This document shows, one piece after another, positions 60,440 to 64,000 of a DNA stretch of 64,000 nt (the stretch's first letter is position 1; every line of letters begins with the position of its first letter). The DNA is taken from the NCBI GenBank assembly GCA_965213925.1, contig OZ243927.1, forward strand, positions 3,712,001 to 3,776,000, written 5' to 3'. Under the pieces are notes generated by a model that saw only the letters and a list, made by a program, of their open reading frames with translations, was not told the DNA's origin and searched no databases. Position numbers and translations under genes: made by a program. Source of the stretch: Trueperaceae bacterium. Lineage in GTDB: Bacteria > Deinococcota > Deinococci > Deinococcales > Trueperaceae.

Positions 60440-60503
60440 AGTGACGAGTGAATCGTGGTTAGTTTTTAGCACATCTTAGCTAACCACTTTACCGCTCATC
60501 ACT
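60440..60503. repeat. Imperfect palindrome after ftsZ
   Basis: agtgacgagtg..gtggttag / ctaaccac..cgctcatcact. Confidence 0.5.
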
Positions 60504-60514
60504 TATCACTTTTT

Positions 60515-61039
60515 ATGAAACGAGAGGTCATCTACGACGGCAATATCGTGACCGTCGTCAAGCTAGACAACCATTGGGAAGTCGTCGAGCATACGGCGGC
60601 GGTCTGCGTGCTTGCGCTGCGCGAGGGCGAGAGCGGGCAAGAGGTCTTGGGCGTGGTGCAGCCGCGCCCGGCTATCGGTACGGACACGTGGGAACTGCCA
60701 GCAGGGTTAGTTGAAGAGGGCGAGGAGCCTAAGGACGCCGCGCTGCGTGAATTCGCCGAGGAATGTCAACTCACTGGCGACTTGACCCTTCTGACGCAGG
60801 TGCATTCGAGCCCCGGCTTCTGCACCGAAAAGGCTTACGTTTACGAGGCGACGAATTTGCGGCGCGCCGAAGGTACGCCCGACGCGAGCGAAGACCTCAC
60901 CCTCTCCTGGCGCAATTTGGAAGAGGTCTGGCGAGAGGTCTCGAGCGGTCAAACACAAAGCAGCGCCCACGCCCTAATCGCCCTGACTTACGCCCTCGGG
61001 CGTAACGGAAGCCTGGGCGGAAAGTTACCCAGTTCTTGA
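60515..61039 (+). CDS. NUDIX hydrolase (ADP-ribose pyrophosphatase-like)
   Basis: ELPAGLVEEGEEPKDAALREFAEE and SPGFCTE motifs. Confidence 0.9.
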   Translation: MKREVIYDGNIVTVVKLDNHWEVVEHTAAVCVLALREGESGQEVLGVVQPRPAIGTDTWELPAGLVEEGEEPKDAALREFAEECQLTGDLTLLTQVHSSPGFCTEKAYVYEATNLRRAEGTPDASEDLTLSWRNLEEVWREVSSGQTQSSAHALIALTYALGRNGSLGGKLPSS

Positions 61040-61055
61040 ACCCCGGAATTTCTCC

Positions 61056-61946
61056 TTGAATATTGTCTCCTCGCTTAACGACTTAAACTTGACGGGCGCG
61101 GTCATCTGCATCGGCAACTTCGACGGCGTTCACTTGGGTCATCAAATGCTTTTAGAAGAGATGCGCGAGGTCAGTGAGCGTCAAAACGCGCCGAGCATCG
61201 TTATCACCTTTTTTCCCCCTGCCAAAGTCGTGTTTGGCAAAGGTAGCTACCTAACGAGCCGTGAAGAGAAAATCCACCTCTTGAGGGCGTTCGAGCCGGA
61301 CGCTGTAGTGATGACGGAGTTTAGCCTCGAGTACGCCCAAACTCCCAAAGAGGTCTTTTTGGACGAGCTGCGCCGCGTGAGTCCGAGCCACATTATCGTC
61401 GGCGAGGATTTTCGCTTCGGGCATAAGCGAAGTGGCGGCTTGGACGATTTGCAGCACGTCACCGAGCGCTTAGAGGTCTTCGGGCTAAAAAAGCTAGGCG
61501 ATGACCCCATCAAATCTTCGCGCATCCGCGAACTTTTACAAGCCGGGAAGGTTGAGGAGGCGAGGCGGTTTTTGGGCTACAGCTATCTCGCTATCGGTGA
61601 GGTCGCCCAAGGCGAAAAGCGCGGGCGCAGCATCGGTTTTCCAACGGCGAATATCAAGCTACCGCCCGAAAAGGCGCTACCCCTTGGCGTGTTTGCCGTC
61701 CGAGTAGAAGCGCCGCAGGGGACTTTTGGCGGCATGGCGAACGTCGGACCGCGCCCGAGTTTTCCCGAGGAGCCGCCCTCCGTAGAGGTCTACCTCTTCG
61801 ACTTTGAGGGCGACCTCTACGGAGAAACGCTCACCGTGTCGTTCGAGCACTTTATACGCGGCCAGGTTAAGTTTTCAGGCTTGGAAGAGGTCAAAGCGCA
61901 GCTCGCTAAAGATGAGGAGCAAGCAAGAGGTCTTTTGCGAAGCTAG
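61056..61946 (+). CDS. ribF: Riboflavin kinase / FAD synthetase
   Basis: GNFDGVHLGH, SSRIR and GRSIGFPTAN motifs. Confidence 0.95.
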   Translation: MNIVSSLNDLNLTGAVICIGNFDGVHLGHQMLLEEMREVSERQNAPSIVITFFPPAKVVFGKGSYLTSREEKIHLLRAFEPDAVVMTEFSLEYAQTPKEVFLDELRRVSPSHIIVGEDFRFGHKRSGGLDDLQHVTERLEVFGLKKLGDDPIKSSRIRELLQAGKVEEARRFLGYSYLAIGEVAQGEKRGRSIGFPTANIKLPPEKALPLGVFAVRVEAPQGTFGGMANVGPRPSFPEEPPSVEVYLFDFEGDLYGETLTVSFEHFIRGQVKFSGLEEVKAQLAKDEEQARGLLRS

Positions 61947-62497
61947 CCAAAGATTTCGCCTAGCGGAAGTTCCCAATTGGGGAAAAGCGGTGAGGTCAGC
62001 GTGTCCCCTTTTTTAAGTACGCGGAACATCTCGTTAGGTCTATAGACCGTTAGCGTGCGCTGCTCTGACTCAAGAATCCAAACCTCTTTCGCTCCGAAAA
62101 AGAGCCATTCATAGACCTTCTCAGCAACCTCATTGGGGCGATCATTGGGTGAAACGACCTCTACCGCTAAATCTGGCGTGCCTTTACGGTAGCCCTTAAC
62201 GGACGCCTGTCTCTCTAAATTCGCCTGACTGATAAAGGCGGCGTCAGGGGCGCGAACCGTGTCTGGATTTTCAGTTAATTTGAAACCTGTCTCAGCGGCG
62301 TAAACGTATCCTAAACCGTTCTCTTCGACAAACCGCGCGAGACGCCAGCCTAACTTCATAGCCAACTTCCCGTGTTCTTCTCCTGCTGGGGACACCTGAC
62401 GCAATTCTCCTCGGAAGAGTTCGTAGCGGTAGCCGTCGTCTGAAAGATGCAAAAGCTCCTCAGCCGTGACGGGTTTATCTTTGGGTAGGGTGCTCAT
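61943..62497 (-). CDS. Uma2 family endonuclease
   Basis: RYEL..GEL, TVRAPDAAF and PDLAVEVVSP motifs. Confidence 0.9.
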   Translation of the reverse strand: MSTLPKDKPVTAEELLHLSDDGYRYELFRGELRQVSPAGEEHGKLAMKLGWRLARFVEENGLGYVYAAETGFKLTENPDTVRAPDAAFISQANLERQASVKGYRKGTPDLAVEVVSPNDRPNEVAEKVYEWLFFGAKEVWILESEQRTLTVYRPNEMFRVLKKGDTLTSPLFPNWELPLGEIFG

Positions 62498-62538
62498 AAG
62501 GTTGGTTCGATTTTAGCATGGGCTCGAGCTGCTTCACG

Positions 62539-63312
62539 TCACCGCTTCATCATCTCATCGAAAAAGAGCCCACGCATCCTCAGCCGGTAGTTCTGCGGGG
62601 ACGTATCGATGGTGAGGTAGCAAAACTCCTCCCCGTGACCGTTCGTGTCGAGCAGTATGGCGCGTCCTTGCGACGCTACGTTGACGCCGCCGCGCACAGG
62701 CGTGTGACCGTACACCCCTAAGCGGTAGGGCGTCTCGGCTAAGAAGTCGCGGTTTTCGTAAATCCAGCGGCGGCGGTTTTCCAGATAGAAGCCGCTGTCG
62801 TAGCGGTTGTGCTCCGCCCGAGGCCCAACGTGAGCGAAGTGGATGTTGTCGATGACCACTTGGAAGGGCCAGCTCGTGATCCAGGCGCGCAGTTCGGGCT
62901 CGAGTTCGCTGCCGTAACCTCTCGTCCACTCGAAGTGTGAAACGTCGTCCGTGCGCAGCGGTCCCTGCTCGTCACTCACCGCGTTGAAGTCGTGGTTGCC
63001 CATGAGAATGACCATCCGCTCGCCCACTGCGTCTTGAAACGCTTTGACCTCTCGCAAAAAGCTCACCTGCGCCTTCTCGGCCTTGGCGAGGTGCTGGGGA
63101 TTGTGCTCATCGTAGGCGCGCACGCCCGCCAAGGCGCTGTAGCGCTCGCGGCTCTTGGCGTGAACGAGGTCGCCCAACAAGATGAGCTTGACGTTCGGGT
63201 CGCGCATCCTTTCGGTGGGGCGGCGCTCGGCGTCGGCGAGCCCCGCGCGTTGCAGCATGGTCCAGAGCTTAGCGGCTTGTGTGTGAATGTCTCCGATGAC
63301 GACTAGGTGCAT
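62539..63312 (-). CDS. Calcineurin-like metallophosphoesterase
   Basis: GDIH, LGDLVH, GNHD and GHTP motifs. Confidence 0.88.
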   Translation of the reverse strand: MHLVVIGDIHTQAAKLWTMLQRAGLADAERRPTERMRDPNVKLILLGDLVHAKSRERYSALAGVRAYDEHNPQHLAKAEKAQVSFLREVKAFQDAVGERMVILMGNHDFNAVSDEQGPLRTDDVSHFEWTRGYGSELEPELRAWITSWPFQVVIDNIHFAHVGPRAEHNRYDSGFYLENRRRWIYENRDFLAETPYRLGVYGHTPVRGGVNVASQGRAILLDTNGHGEEFCYLTIDTSPQNYRLRMRGLFFDEMMKR

Positions 63313-63998
63313 AACGGGTTCCCTGCCTGAAGGTGAGGTTGACGTGCGCGGCGCAGCGCTCGGTGGGTTTGGTCGGTGAGACGCACAGTGCCCCAGCGTA
63401 CCTGTAGCCAGCCCCCTTCCACAAGCCACGTGCAAAAGGTCTGCACCTCTTCGGCGTCCCAGTGGGTAAATTGGGGGTGACGCGCCAACACGTCCGTGAG
63501 CCTGCGTCGTGGGATACCCGGTGAGACGGTGCCGAATACAGCGTAAGCGTCTTCGGTGAGCGGCGCACTCGTTGTTGGGTCACAGCGGTCACAGGCGCAC
63601 GCGGCGGGTGTCGCTACGTCACCGAAATAAGCGAGGATGGCGCGGCGGCGGCACGTCGGGCGCTCGGCGTAGCCTGTCATCCCCCTAAGGAGCGCGTAGC
63701 GAGCGCGTTTACGCTGCGACAGTAGCGCGTCCAAAGCACTAAAGTCGGGGAGTTGCGCACCGAAAGGTTGCTCGAGCGCTACGCCCAGCCCTTCACGCTG
63801 ACGCTCCGAACGTATGACCCCTTGCTCAGCGAGAATCTTCAAGCCGGTCGTGAACTTGCCTCTAGGCAACTCGAGTCCCGCCCTCACCTCTTTTGCCGAC
63901 GCACTGCCGTGATGACGCAGGTACAGGTAAATCCGCTTGAGGTCCAAGGCGCTCACGCTGCCTGACTCGACGAGGCTCGCTTGCAGCGCGGCGTCTTG
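63303..63998 (-). CDS. RecQ-family helicase, C-terminal part (5' end outside window)
   Basis: Zn-binding motif CRRRAILAYFGD...CACDRC; frame is open to the window edge. Confidence 0.75.
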   Translation of the reverse strand, partial: QDAALQASLVESGSVSALDLKRIYLYLRHHGSASAKEVRAGLELPRGKFTTGLKILAEQGVIRSERQREGLGVALEQPFGAQLPDFSALDALLSQRKRARYALLRGMTGYAERPTCRRRAILAYFGDVATPAACACDRCDPTTSAPLTEDAYAVFGTVSPGIPRRRLTDVLARHPQFTHWDAEEVQTFCTWLVEGGWLQVRWGTVRLTDQTHRALRRARQPHLQAGNPLCT

Positions 63999-64000
63999 TG

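Overview
GC-rich bacterial chromosome segment, most likely Deinococcota (Truepera-like), judged from the DnaE insertion, MurD motif, leaderless promoters and gene content. Housekeeping content: hemW, the fabH-fabD-fabG-acpP-fabF cluster, rpmF/DUF177, a deoxyhypusine-synthase-like gene, aconitase, glucosylglycerol hydrolase, a peptide-type ABC importer, tRNA-Val and tRNA-Cys, dnaE with a LAGLIDADG intein, a MarR-TolC-TolC-MFP-RND efflux operon, a two-component system, RNase P RNA, the dcw cluster (mraZ to ftsZ), ribF and a RecQ 3' end. The most unusual signals are: (1) a dispersed ~76-bp palindromic element (ends GCAGGTATCATCT...AGATGATACCTGC) that appears to form RNase P helix P12 and to supply the fabH start codon; (2) a 23.4-27.6 kb accessory region with a duplicated structured small RNA, two more sRNA candidates, and two paralogous coiled-coil lipoproteins with 23-aa RP repeats; (3) a 1-nt frameshift that puts the FtsZ C-terminal DIPAFLR peptide out of frame; (4) an LpxR-like outer-membrane protein. 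All calls come from reading the sequence; no database searches or folding programs were run.
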